A DNA stretch of 64,000 nucleotides, taken from the NCBI GenBank assembly GCA_012295275.1, contig CM022667.1, positions 3,906,001 through 3,970,000 on the forward strand, given 5' to 3'. The position numbers and the translations under genes are program-made. The notes below the pieces were generated by a model. The model was not told the DNA's origin, did no database searches, and was given only the letters and a program-made list of their open reading frames with translations. Origin of the DNA: Chrysomallon squamiferum (taxonomy: Eukaryota; Animalia; Mollusca). Of this stretch, positions 1 through 12,487 are shown piece by piece (within the stretch, counting starts at the first letter, position 1; the number at the start of each line of letters is the position of its first letter).

Positions 1-2041
1 AACAACAAATGACAACAAAATAATTTTTTTTTTTTAAATTTTATTTCCATTGAAATAATGTATAATTTTATGTATATATATATATTTCTATAAATATATA
101 ATATGTATTTCATTTTTTCTTTCAAAAATATGTTTTTCTTCATTGAACATAAACTTATAATACAAAGATGCTAATAAATAAAAACATTTATTCCAAAAGT
201 TTCATAAATAAATAAATATATACGATATATATATAATATCTTCAGTTAAATAATAATATAAATGCATAGGCTATCTTAGTGCTTGGAGACATAAATATGT
301 ACATAAGAAATAACTTTAACACAATCAATTAGAATTATTAATAATACATCATGTACTGTAATAATAACAATAATAATAATTTTGTATATCAAATGCAATT
401 AAGCATTGGCAAGACCATTAAGAAGCAGGACTCATGTTTGTTTTGTATTTTTATAAATTTCTGGTAATGATTTGTCCTTGTACTGAAATAAAAGCTAGTT
501 TTCTTTGTAAGAAATAATCATTTTTTTTCCCCTTTAAGTCCATTTAAAACATACAGTGTAATTGCAAATTACTAAAAAGAAGAAGAAGAAAAAACATTCC
601 TGCAACACTAAATTCAAATATTATTATTACATATGTATATTCTTAATTTCCTGAAGTCAAAAAATTTACTGATATGTAAAAGAAAAGAAGAAGAAAATAG
701 TAACAACATAAAAGCTTACTCTGTTAGTTACAAATTTTACTTTTTTGAAAATTATCTGTGATATGGGCAGGCTTCAAAAATGTCCTTCACTGAAAATGGT
801 AACATTAAAATAATATTTTAACATACACCAGCGTCACAGTAAAACACTCACCAGAGAGAAAACAATGGCGGCATTTTCGTAATCTGAAAAAATATAAATA
901 TAACCCTGTTATTTTTAGTACTACACCTACTTTTACCTTCATGTAATACATTTCATTTAAAATTTTAAAATTCAATATTTCTATATATTTAAGATTAGTG
1001 GAATTAAAAATAAAATAAAATAATAATTATAATAATTTTTTTAAAATGCTTCACTGTCAGTTAATATTGAATTACAACCTTTCTTAACTTCAAATTAATG
1101 ACTGTTAAATTTCAGGAAATAAATAACATATTATTGAAATAATCAAATTCTGTGTTAAGTAATTTAAACTGACCAGATCTATGCATTTTATCATGCACAA
1201 ACCATCACTGAAATCAGAAATCTTTTTAATTGTACTTTGAGCAAAATTAAAAAAAAATTTAAATCATAATTGTAAAAAATTATTTGGCATAAACAGAAAT
1301 CTGTTTTGTTATCATGGACAGTTATTGAAATCTGTATATCTGTAATGTATTTAGTATAGAAAATATTAAAAGCAGAATTATTTTTTATTCAGCATCAACA
1401 TAATTAAATTCAGCAAATGTGTTTGTTTTGTTATCATACAGTTACAGAAATTTGTAAATCCATACTGTATTCAGCACAGAAAGCATTAAAACCACCATTA
1501 TTTTTTTATTTTTATTTTTATATAAAGAATTAAAATTAATTAAAAAAATGTATATTGTATTCTGTGGAGAAAAATAATGAAATAATAATTATTCAACATA
1601 AATCATAAATAAATTCAGTAAATCTGTTTGTGACCTTCAGAAAAGATAACGAACTGCAAATTAATTTTATACTGCACAAAATGAAAAATGAAAATATTAG
1701 TGTCACAAAAAAAAAAAATCATTTAAAATAATAATTCAACAAAAACAATTATTTGTAACAATATAAATAAATCTGGAAAATATAAAAATGTTATTTTAAT
1801 AATTTAATTTATAAAGATAATGTTGAACTATGAAATAAATAAATTTAAGATTACAAAGAAAGTAAAAAGAAAACATAATTGTCAAAAAACAAACATTTTA
1901 AATGAAACTGTTAATGTTTTAAATTATGTTCAGAATGTCTTCTGTGTTTGGAACTCTAAAAACTGAAAACTAAATGATGTGAATTATTTAGTTAACTACA
2001 ACTTACCATGACAAAAGTGGCTGATATACTTACAGTGGCTA

Positions 2042-5000
2042 CTACAGCTGTGGCTTGATGCGCAGTTGTAAACCTAGGAGTAAATCAGTGGGGAATGGAC
2101 ATCTTGAACCACAGTTACAATTCCAGTTTTAAATTTGTCAACTGACAAACTGTGCTTTTATTACATTTCACAATGAATCCACATACATATAAACATAAGT
2201 ATATACTTTAGTTTGGAAACACACACGCATACACTGACAGAAACATACATAAAGAACTACACATACAGACTCTTAGCAGATCTAACTGGTTATTTCTTCA
2301 TATGCAAAATTCCCAATCCACAGCATTTACTATTTACTTACATACAGCCATCAATTATAACTGAGAAATTTTGATGCCTACACTTCATCTGTACAATGTG
2401 ACAATTAAATAATAAATAATAAATAAAACAAGCAATTCAGAACACGGGGTGAATTTTGACAAGAGTATTTAATATTTAGCTGACAAACCTTTGCTTTCGT
2501 GATTCAACTTGTTAGATTTTGGGGTTAGGATGTCATCAACGTTGTAACTCTTCAGAGAAATGTAGGATGGAAGACGTTTTGCAGGTGCAGCATCAACATC
2601 AGCATCAAAATGGGCATCAACTGCTGAAGGTTTGCATGGTACAACACCAGAGCTTGTACTAGGACCAGGAATAACTCTACTGCTCAGAGAATATTACCAG
2701 TAAGTGAAAGTCATGTAGGTTTTTAATACAAGTCAATCCTGTCTTTCTTAACAGTGTTCTCAATTAAAACAGTCCAAGTGTTATTCCAGTATTTGCACAA
2801 AAATTATCTCAGGGTTTTTTTAAAATCTAGGGTTTTTTTTTTTTTGTAAATTATTAATTCAGCTTTTAAATCATCTTAATATAGTATTTAACTACTGGTA
2901 AATAAAAGGTTCTTAAATAAAAAATGACCTCAAAATTAAGAAAAAATTATTAAATTAAAAGCTGGACAGTCTATTTCTTGTTTCAAATATTTAAAAAAAA
3001 AATCATTCAGCTGATGAATTTCAAAACCTAGATGAATGCACAGGAATCTAATTTATGAGCTAATATCTTAATAGAAACTTTATACCCTTGACAAACTGAT
3101 GTTTTCTTTATTTGTGAATCAATGACTATTTTCAAGACAGCTTTATAATAAATTTTCTATACATTAATTTATAATTAAAAATATGAAAAAAAAAAAAAAA
3201 AACATACTAGAATAACATCCAAAATGTACAATTTTACCTGACAAAGGGTTTTTTGATCCTGCGAGGCTGTCTGTGAATCATCTTACAAGTGTCTGGGTTA
3301 GGGCAGACGCCTGTCTTGGAGAAAGCGGGACACTCGTGTGTGTGTTGCTTTTTACACTGAAATTTAAAAAACAGAATAATACACTGTTTAGTTGCTTTTG
3401 TTTTATGAAAATAAACCAACACCAGAATATGGTAATCGTATAATTTAACTGAACATTCAGCTTATTAAAAACTGGATGAATGAATGAAAATAAAAATATC
3501 CACTAATATTACAGTACATACTGTTATCGTACATATCTTGCTATAATGAATTTAATTTAAATTTTAATCTACTGCTGTTTGTAATAGTCAACATAGCTAG
3601 GAATTTCAGATTCAGATTTAAAAAAAATGTAAATAAAGCCTTAAGTTTTTTTGAAAATATCATGGATAAAAATACCTTTTCTCCCTGTGGACAGAAGCCA
3701 CTGATGAAGTCTGGACAAACAGCTGCGTCTCTGTTGACCTTCACGTGCAGATATGGACAGTTGTCACGGTTACACACTCCACGCAGGAAGTAGGAGCACA
3801 CTGGCACTTTCTCCTTTGACACTTTGTGTGAGAACAGACAGCCTTCGATTTTACACGTTCCTCTCAGAAATCTGTCAAACACAGCCAAGATATCAGCAGC
3901 AACATCAACAGCAGCAGAAACAACAACAGCAACAAGTAGTAGAAATAACAACAAAATCAGCAGTAGACGAAATAACAACAGCAGAATCAACAACAATAAT
4001 AAAAAAAAGTCAAAGATAGCAAAGACAGCAACTAAAAAATTACTGATTTTCATGCCATTTCTTTTATCACATTCTGAACATGTCTTATTCACAGTTTTTA
4101 TTCCACTTATCTTTATTTATTTTTTTCACAAAATTTTTAAAAAATCTCAAAGGATTGATATTTGTTCTGCATTCTGTTACATATGTAACAATGGATTAAA
4201 TAAATTTAAAACTCATTTAAAATTACATAAAATAAATCATCAACCACAGAATTGCAAAAAAAACACAACAACATTATTATTATTATTATTATTCATTTAA
4301 AGTTATTATTTACCTGTTCAGAATTAATTTCTTAATTTATTGATTTTAATACTTTTACCTAAACTTACAGCAGCACAAACTAAACAGAAATTACCTACCT
4401 AGTACATATAGCAATTCTGTCTGGATCATGGATGAAGTGACAGCTGATTCCACGGTGACATTTTCCAAACCTGTGGTAATATTTACAGAGATTCCTTGCA
4501 ACTCGGATGTTGTCTTTAGCGATACTTAGCAGCAGCAGACAAAATACTCCTGTTTTTGATTCGACTGAGAGAAAGCAAAATTAAAACAGCATTACAATTT
4601 TTTTTTTGTATTGAAAAATGCAGATTAAAAAATAAAAAATAAATATTCAAAGTGTTTTTAACTGCCACACCTGTTCGTAATTGTGTTACTGTGAAAATAA
4701 ATATCAATATTAAAATTTCTTTTTAATACATATATATAAAAATACCTTGTCACAGTTCTTGTGTATGAACTAGATGTTTTGACCAGGGTTCCGGGACTGA
4801 TCTGAATGTAAGTAGAACCACCGATGTCCACTCTTGATATTTTGGGCAGATTTTTGTTTCTCTCAGCTGAAGTTGATGCTGTATTGTCTAAAAAGAAGTT
4901 ATCAGTTTGCAAAACAGCAATGCCTTCAAAAAATTCAATTATTATTTTTTCTTGCTGTTGTGTTAGCTGAATTTTTCAGTTAAAAGTTTGAACTAGGTAA

Positions 5001-5790
5001 ATAAAATAGTAGTTTTTTTGGTGTTTTTTCCTGACATAGGAAGTGTTCAATTAAGATTTTTTAAACCTATGTGTTTAGTCCGATATTTATGATCTGCAAA
5101 ACACATTTTCTCAATAAAGAAAATCAACTATTTTCTATATTGACCTGAACTATTTAGTTTGTACCTAATAAGCATTTAATAAAGACTTTTTCAAAATGTA
5201 TTTAATTTGACATTTCTGAGACACAGTTTACAGAACCATTTTTTATTTATTTTTGAACATAAAATAATTGAGCTTTTCCTTTTATGTAAGCATTTCTTTT
5301 ACTAAGGTGGTGATTACATCTAACATTACTTTTGCTCAGAATCACATAACTGAGGATTATTTTAAACGATAGCAGTGAACAAAGAAATACATAACGTGAA
5401 ATTTGAGTCATGGTAAATAAAGTTATCTACCTTGTATTGAATTAATTCTTTTGAGACTGTGTCCATTGGGATCCATCTGAAACTTTACACCTCGCACAGA
5501 AATAATTCTTGAACCAGCAATCAGTTCTGTTACATAAATAAATAAATAAATAAATAAATAATCACTCTTTCAGGAAGTTTTATTCACATCATTAAAAGAA
5601 TATTTTAAAATATTATACATCCGAAACTTATACTATACTAATAATATTGCCAGATATTTTTGTTCTGTTATTTACTGATTATTTACTTAACTTTTTGTTT
5701 ATTTGTTTAATATGAATATAAAAATACCTTGGCACAGTTCTTGTGTGTGAACAAGATGTCTTGACCAGTGTTCCTGGACTATTTTTAAAC

Positions 5791-5839
<49 letters not shown>

Positions 5840-8800
5840 ATTATTCATACTTCTTAGAGCTGCAATCTTATTTAGGATTGTTGTAGACTTTCTGTGATCA
5901 ACAGATCTATTCCCTGTTTTAGTCAACTTAGTTCTGTTGGATTTGTATGGAATGCCGTCGATAAAAATAACTTTCCTCCCTGCCAGTCTGTTCTTTGAGG
6001 AAAACTTTTCTAACAACCTGTGAGATCTGAAAAACAATAAAAATTAAACAAAATTTTGAAAAAAAAAATAAAAATAATAAATAAATAATAATAATAAAAG
6101 GAAAAAATAAAAATAAATAAAGGAAAAACTAAGGAAAAGCAGAATGAATGATTATTTTCTGTTTTTTTCTGAAAATATTTCACTCGTGACATAAGAATGA
6201 AAATCTTTTGTTTAGCTATTTACCTTGAAGCAAGATAACCATAACCTTTCAGGAGATGAGTTCTTTGACCAATGTAAGCTTTTCTCCATGATGGAATGAC
6301 GCTATATCCATAATCTGAAAATAAAAATAATATAATTTTTTTTCTCTAAAAAGAACTTACATGAATGGTTTACAGCAGATGAAAACCCATCAACATATTA
6401 AAGTACAATTAAAATGACTGAATATTTGTTTTTATAAATTTTCAAACACCAGTAATAACAAATAAATAAATATTACAATAAAAAGGTATGAAAAAAAAAA
6501 AACATGACATTTTAAAGACTAAAATTCATTATTAACAATTGATTAACTGGTAAAAAATATAAAAAGAAACAACAAAAAAAAATAAAAAAATAAAATCAAA
6601 AAATGATAATAATAATAATAAATAATAAATAAAAACAATAATAATTCTTCTATTCGAAAAAATATTCAAGTGTACTAACCTCCATAATAAAAATTCAGCC
6701 TGTTGTACATCTTTTTAGTGTTAAACTTTGAAGTGCAGAAAGCAGGACTGGCAAACCGGGTTTTAGAGCTGGAGCCAAGACTGCTGAAGTGCGATGTTTT
6801 GTATTTTCCAACAATCACTCGAGCCACCTGCTGAACGCTAGATGTCGACGGATTAGTTAAATTAACAGGTTTGTAAGATTTTCCATTAACGCTGGAATAC
6901 GAGGTTTTGTTACCACTCAAACTGAGACTGTGGTTTTTCACAATTCTGTATTTACTTTTCAAACAGCTGCTGGCTGAAGATCTGGCAGAGATGTTTGTAA
7001 GATCCTCCACACTTTTCTGTCTCATCCAAACCTTTCCCAGTAACTTCTTTTGTTTCAGCAGCTTCCGTGTGTCAACACGATTTCCACGTTTCGACTTCTT
7101 CGTCAGTTGTACAGTGTCCGATTTTACTGACAATTGTTGGGGCAATTTGTTATTAAGGATACCATCAATATTTTCTTTTAGATTTTCAATTTTTGACTGA
7201 GTCTTCTGCAGATCTGATAAAATGGAAGCTACTTTCTTCATTCGCAGTGGTGACAAAGAAGGACTTTGCAGTGAAGACGGGTGAGCAGCTGATGCAAGAT
7301 TGGAATGGATATCACAGGATTTCTGTTTTCTGAGTAATTTAGAAACAACTTTGTTAGGAGAATCTCCAGTGGAGAAAGATGTTTTAATTTTATTTACTGC
7401 AGTGTTGTTGTCTGGTGAATTTAGTGTTAGTTTAGGTAAAACAGAATCAGATGATGTTTCTTTTCCTACAGAAACACTTCCATTATCTTTATCTGTTTTC
7501 ACTGGGGTGTTGGTTCTAGTGTCCAGGACAGACAAACTGTTTGATTTTTTCAGAGACAGTTTAAGACTAGAAGAATCCTGTTTAATGTCAGAGTGATTTG
7601 AATTTTGTGAAGAAACGACAGCATTTTCTAGAGCTATACATGGCAAGACTTGATCAGTGTCAGTGGCCGATACATTTTTTCCTGATTCAGTTAGACTGTC
7701 AGATGACAAAACCAATTTATTTTGAGTATTTTGTGAACAGTTTTCTGAATCTGAAGAATTTTTGTTACTATTTGCCAGACAATCAGATAAACTGGATGAT
7801 GTTTTAATTGAGATGAGGTAATTTGGTGACACAGTTAATGGTATAAAATCAGCTTCTAATCTCTGATCACTTTTTAAACATTTATTTTTTATTGATGATG
7901 AAAATATATTTCTTCTCAAGTTTGAAAGGGAACTGACAGATTTGCTACTACTACTTGCAAGATGATTTGACCTGCAGTTTCTGTCATCAACAGAAACTGT
8001 CTGATTGTTACCTGGAACAGGCAAACTGGAAAGAGATGTCAAAGATCTCGACTGGGTTAATGTCTTAGGCTCACCTGACTCATTATTTTGCAACTGCAGT
8101 GAACTTGACTCAAGTACTTCACACATTTGTATTTTATCATGGGAAATGTCACTTAATTCTAACACTGAATGTTTAAGTACCGGTAAAGCTGAATGAGCAT
8201 TTTCTTCTTTCAAACCTTCCTGTGCAGTTTCAGTTCTGACATTTTTCAGCACACATGTGGATGGTTTACTTTCAGGTTCTGAATCAGAAGATGAAGTGAT
8301 GCGAGGTTTTGTAAGTAAATCCTTATTGTTACTATTAGTCTTCTCATTTGACACTTCCAGCTGCAAGTTTTTGACAAGTTCGGCAGGGGATTTGAAATTG
8401 TTGGAACTGTTCAAAGCACATATCTGACGTCTGTCACCGTCTTCAGATTTTGCGCTGCTCTTGCTGCTTATTACTTTGTCCTGAACTGTCAAAGCCACTT
8501 TTAACGATGATATATTATTTTTGGAATGGTTTGTTGGGACTGTTGATACCACTGAAGATGACAATGCATGATGGACAGTTTCTTTATTGCGTTTGAAGGA
8601 ATACTGATGTTTGTCATGTTTTGCTACCTCATTTGGTATATTGCTGGTACAAAGTGAAACATTTGGTTTCCTTAGTAAATATTTATGTTTCTCAAAAGGA
8701 TGCAAGGTTTGTTTTGATTCTGAACTGACTGCTGACGAATGGCCGTGCCACACATTCTGATTCTTGCCATTACGACTGGTCTGATTTACGAATGACAATT

Positions 8801-10188
8801 TTCCTTTCAGTTTAGGTTCTGGTTGCTTTGCACTTTTGATAAGATCTAGGAGAAAAACAGTTTTATAATAATACCAATACTACTACTACTACTACTACTA
8901 ATGATGATAAAATAACAACAACAATAAAAATAAAATAACAGCAAAATTCTGTGGCACAGGTCTCTGGATGTGCTTTAGTAGATGAGTGCTGCATACTCAC
9001 CAGATGTGGTAAATTCATGATAATTAAGTTTGCTCCATCAGATAAAAATGAGTATAATTTTTCTGTCCCCATGTTATAAAATATTGTTGAATTTGTTCTG
9101 AGACAGCACTGCACATCACACAGCTGGTTGCATCATGATACAAAATGGGGCAGAACGATGGGAAAGTGAAAACAACAACAACAGCTAAATGGTGATATTC
9201 AACCAGCATACCCTGTAATAAATTTAGGATAAAGCTCTTCTCGTTAATGAGAATTCTTGACAAAACTACATTATTTCTAATAGCACTTCAAAAGAATATT
9301 TTTAATCTGAACATTGATTTTCTTGGTTATTATTCTGGTTATGATTCTACTAATGACACTCAAAGGAATGATCAGTACTTCACATATTTCTACTTTGTTA
9401 GAAGGAACATCAACCAGATGGCATTCTTTAATCACTACTACCATAACTAAGATTTAATTATAAAACATGATTTCTGGATGAAAAACTCACTGAGATATTT
9501 ATATCCCAGTCAGACGATATGATTTAAAAAAAAATTGTTTCCATTGATTGCTGAGTGCATACAGATCCACCAAATATACTAAAATATGATCAGTAGTGAA
9601 GACTTCCATTTGTTGTACACCATGCACATAAACTATAATAAAGGCATCAGAATATTAATTATAATACAACACAACCCATGTCATGGAGATCAATACTAAT
9701 AACTAGAGACAGAGAAGTTTGAAGCGAACTCAAGGATTACATGTATACCAGAAAATATGAATTGAAGATTGAGGTTTGAGTATCAGTATGCAAACTACTT
9801 TGGATTCTCTGTGCAATGAAGAAGATTGATAAAAGTGATATATCATAAACGAATATGGGACTTTTCTTTCATTAAAAATTAAATCAATAACTTGAATAAG
9901 GAAAATGTTTGTGATTCATTACAAATCAAATTCAACATTCAATAATTCAATTAATGAATTATTCATCACTTCCGGCTTTAACTTATGATTAAGGAAATGC
10001 GTAGTAGTACTCCAAATTTTTAGGCAAAATATAATCGTTCCATATGATAGTAAGATTATAGATATAACAGAAAGAAATAAAATATCACCATAAGGCACTA
10101 TCATGAAATAAAATAATATTTATAAATTTTTACTTGTTAGAAAAGCAATTTGTTTACGAAGATCTTCTGCTTCCTTTGAATAAGCCAT
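2042..10188 (-). CDS. ZC3H3: Zinc finger CCCH domain-containing protein 3 (11 coding exons; about 1142 aa if one extra base near 4518 is removed)
   Basis: GT-AG exons: 10134-10188, 6680-8845, 6224-6314, 5851-6026, 5431-5526, 4746-4887, 4399-4564, 3676-3871, 3238-3356, 2489-2679, 2042-2073. N-terminus MAYSKEAEDLRKQIAFLTNLI resembles the ZC3H3 start; long Ser-rich exon 2; five tandem CCCH fingers (LCKYYHRFGKCHRGISCHFIHDPDRIAICTRFLRGTCKIEGCLFSHKVSKEKVPVCSYFLRGVCNRDNCPYLH...CPDFISGFCPQGEKCKKQH...CPAFSKTGVCPNPDTCKMIH); LPSYISL motif and C-terminal LRIKPQL* as in ZC3H3. Exon total 3430 nt = 3n+1. Confidence 0.9.
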
Positions 10189-10558
10189 TTTGTATGCCGA
10201 TTTTACAAAATATTGCGCTTGATAGTCATTAAAGATTAATACCGGTCTTACAGTGTTACAGTTAGTTTTCGTTAATATACAAACATAAATATAATTTTTT
10301 AATTAAAAGCTATTATTAAGTTCATTTTATTTGTTTATTTTGTATTTATAATGATTATTTAAAAATAAAAATAAAAATACAAATACCATTTGTACTTTTA
10401 GGTGAAATATAGAATTTGGCAATGTCTAAAGTTCTCGAACAAGGATTTTTCAGTTTTATTTTGTTGAAATACAAATTATAATGATTATTTATCATATTTT
10501 AAAATAATGAAATGTGTTATGAAGGATGTAATAACAACGTGACATTTTTAAAAAAGAA

Positions 10559-10591
<33 letters not shown>

Positions 10592-10947
10592 AGAAACTGT
10601 CACCAGACAACTAAAACCACAACAAACATGAAACAAACGAAGAAAAAGCTTATTATTTATTATTAGTTCCTTAAAAAACTTTTAAATATTTTCCTAAATA
10701 ACATAATTATATATTATTAAATTCATATGTACAATAATTTTAATTAGTTTGTAATAAGACATTTGACGTTATTTAATTTCGTTTCGGTAATTTTTAATTG
10801 TGTATTTTAACTCTTACAAACCAGTTTATATACAGAGCATTGAAGTTTCGTTTTGGTGTTGCAATGTTGTACAAAACTGTGTTTTTATTCCCCAGAAAAT
10901 TTGTAAAAATAACTTAAATCAGTTGATCATTTTCAATTCAGTAGCCT
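10189..10947. promoter_or_regulatory. Probable bidirectional promoter between ZC3H3 and UBE2Q copy 1
   Basis: Divergent start codons 759 bp apart (10188 minus, 10948 plus); YY1-type GCCATTTTG overlaps the ZC3H3 ATG (10184-10192). Confidence 0.55.
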
Positions 10948-12439
10948 ATGGCTGTCAGACAAAATATGAAGTTCGCTGCCCAGAAGTTAGCAGCCGAACG
11001 TTGGTTGTCAGAAAATAAATCTCATAAATTGATTTTGATTGATGCAGACGAAAATGACAGCAGACTAGTATTTCATGTACCAGACACACCTGTCTCTTTT
11101 TACATTGTTTGCTCAGAGAAACTGGTAAAGCTTTCTTATACGTACTTTATATATTTTCTCTCGAACAAAATAACAATACATTTTCTTAATATTTGTTTCA
11201 GTCTTTATTCTTTAACATCGTTCTTTCTTACTTTTCGATTAATTGATTACTTTATTTGTAGCATCTGTGGGCAGATAATGATGAGCTTCTTTCAAACTTA
11301 CAAGAAGTAATCGAATGGATTACGACATGTGGAGAAAAAACTATTGGTGAGGTACTTGAACGTGCCTACACCAGTCTGAAACCTGTGAGTACAAACCTGA
11401 GATTAACCATAAATTATTAATTTTGTAATTGGACAATGAACCTGGTTAAAAATAATAATAATAATAAAAAAAAAAAAACCCAGTAATAAATAAATAATAA
11501 AAATAAATAAATAAATAAAATAAAGAAATAAAAACGTAATAATAATAATAAAAAATCTTTGCAAGAATATCTGATGACATCTTTGATGGAGTAACTTGAG
11601 TTTCATCTGTTATATACAGATTATGTGCCAGTCATGTGTAGTACAGATTATTTTTATAATGAACACACAATAATAATACTGAAAAATGACATAAAAAGCT
11701 TTAAGTTTAAACAAAAATAAGGTTTAAAAAGATAAAATTTATCATCATAATCTATTTTCATTCATCTGTTATTTTAGTTGATAGAGACCAGCAGTGTGAA
11801 TGCTGAAGGTGATGAAGAATTTTTTTTTGAAGATGATGAAGGTAAGAATAGTGATGACGATGATAATGATGAGGATGAGGATGAGGATGATGGTTACTAT
11901 GCACTGGCTGATGCTGATGTTGAATCAGAAGAAAAGACAAAAGAAAGTGATAGGTCAGTAACTTTGATTAATTCAAATTAGTTAATATAAATTAATAATG
12001 TTATCAGGTTGTATTAAGAAAAGATAATAAATAGCAATCTGAGGAAATCACATTCTTCTTCATTATAATCTTGAGTTAAGTCAACAAATGTCTGATTTGT
12101 TTTTGGTCACAAATAATCCTGTTATTTCAGTCAAATTTCTTTTCTCATGAATTATACAGCTTTTTGAAAATAAGCTGAGGGGGATAATGTTAATTATTGT
12201 TAAAAATATTTTCTTGTATAATAAGTATTTATTTTATTAATTTTTGACATAAAATAATAAAATAATTTTGATTGCTTGCAGTGACGATGGTGAAGATTCA
12301 AATTATTTTAATGCACAAGGCTCTCAAACTGCTGTAAAACGTTTATTAAAAGGTAAAACTAAAATGTCTTTGTTTACTGTAAACATTTTTTTCATCTTGT
12401 CATTTAAATATACATTGTGGTTGCATGCATGCATGCATG

Positions 12440-12487
<48 letters not shown>

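Noticed and set aside
3753-4300. Plus-strand Q/N/T-rich ORFs
   Set aside because: Antisense to a ZC3H3 exon plus CAA/CAG-rich intronic repeats; no independent coding signal.
6907-8196. Plus-strand ORFs inside ZC3H3 exon 2
   Set aside because: Shadow ORFs of the long minus-strand exon.
9001-9097. Possible stop-containing cassette exon in ZC3H3 intron 1 (CTG|GTGAGT donor)
   Set aside because: Weak acceptor and no supporting motifs; could be chance.
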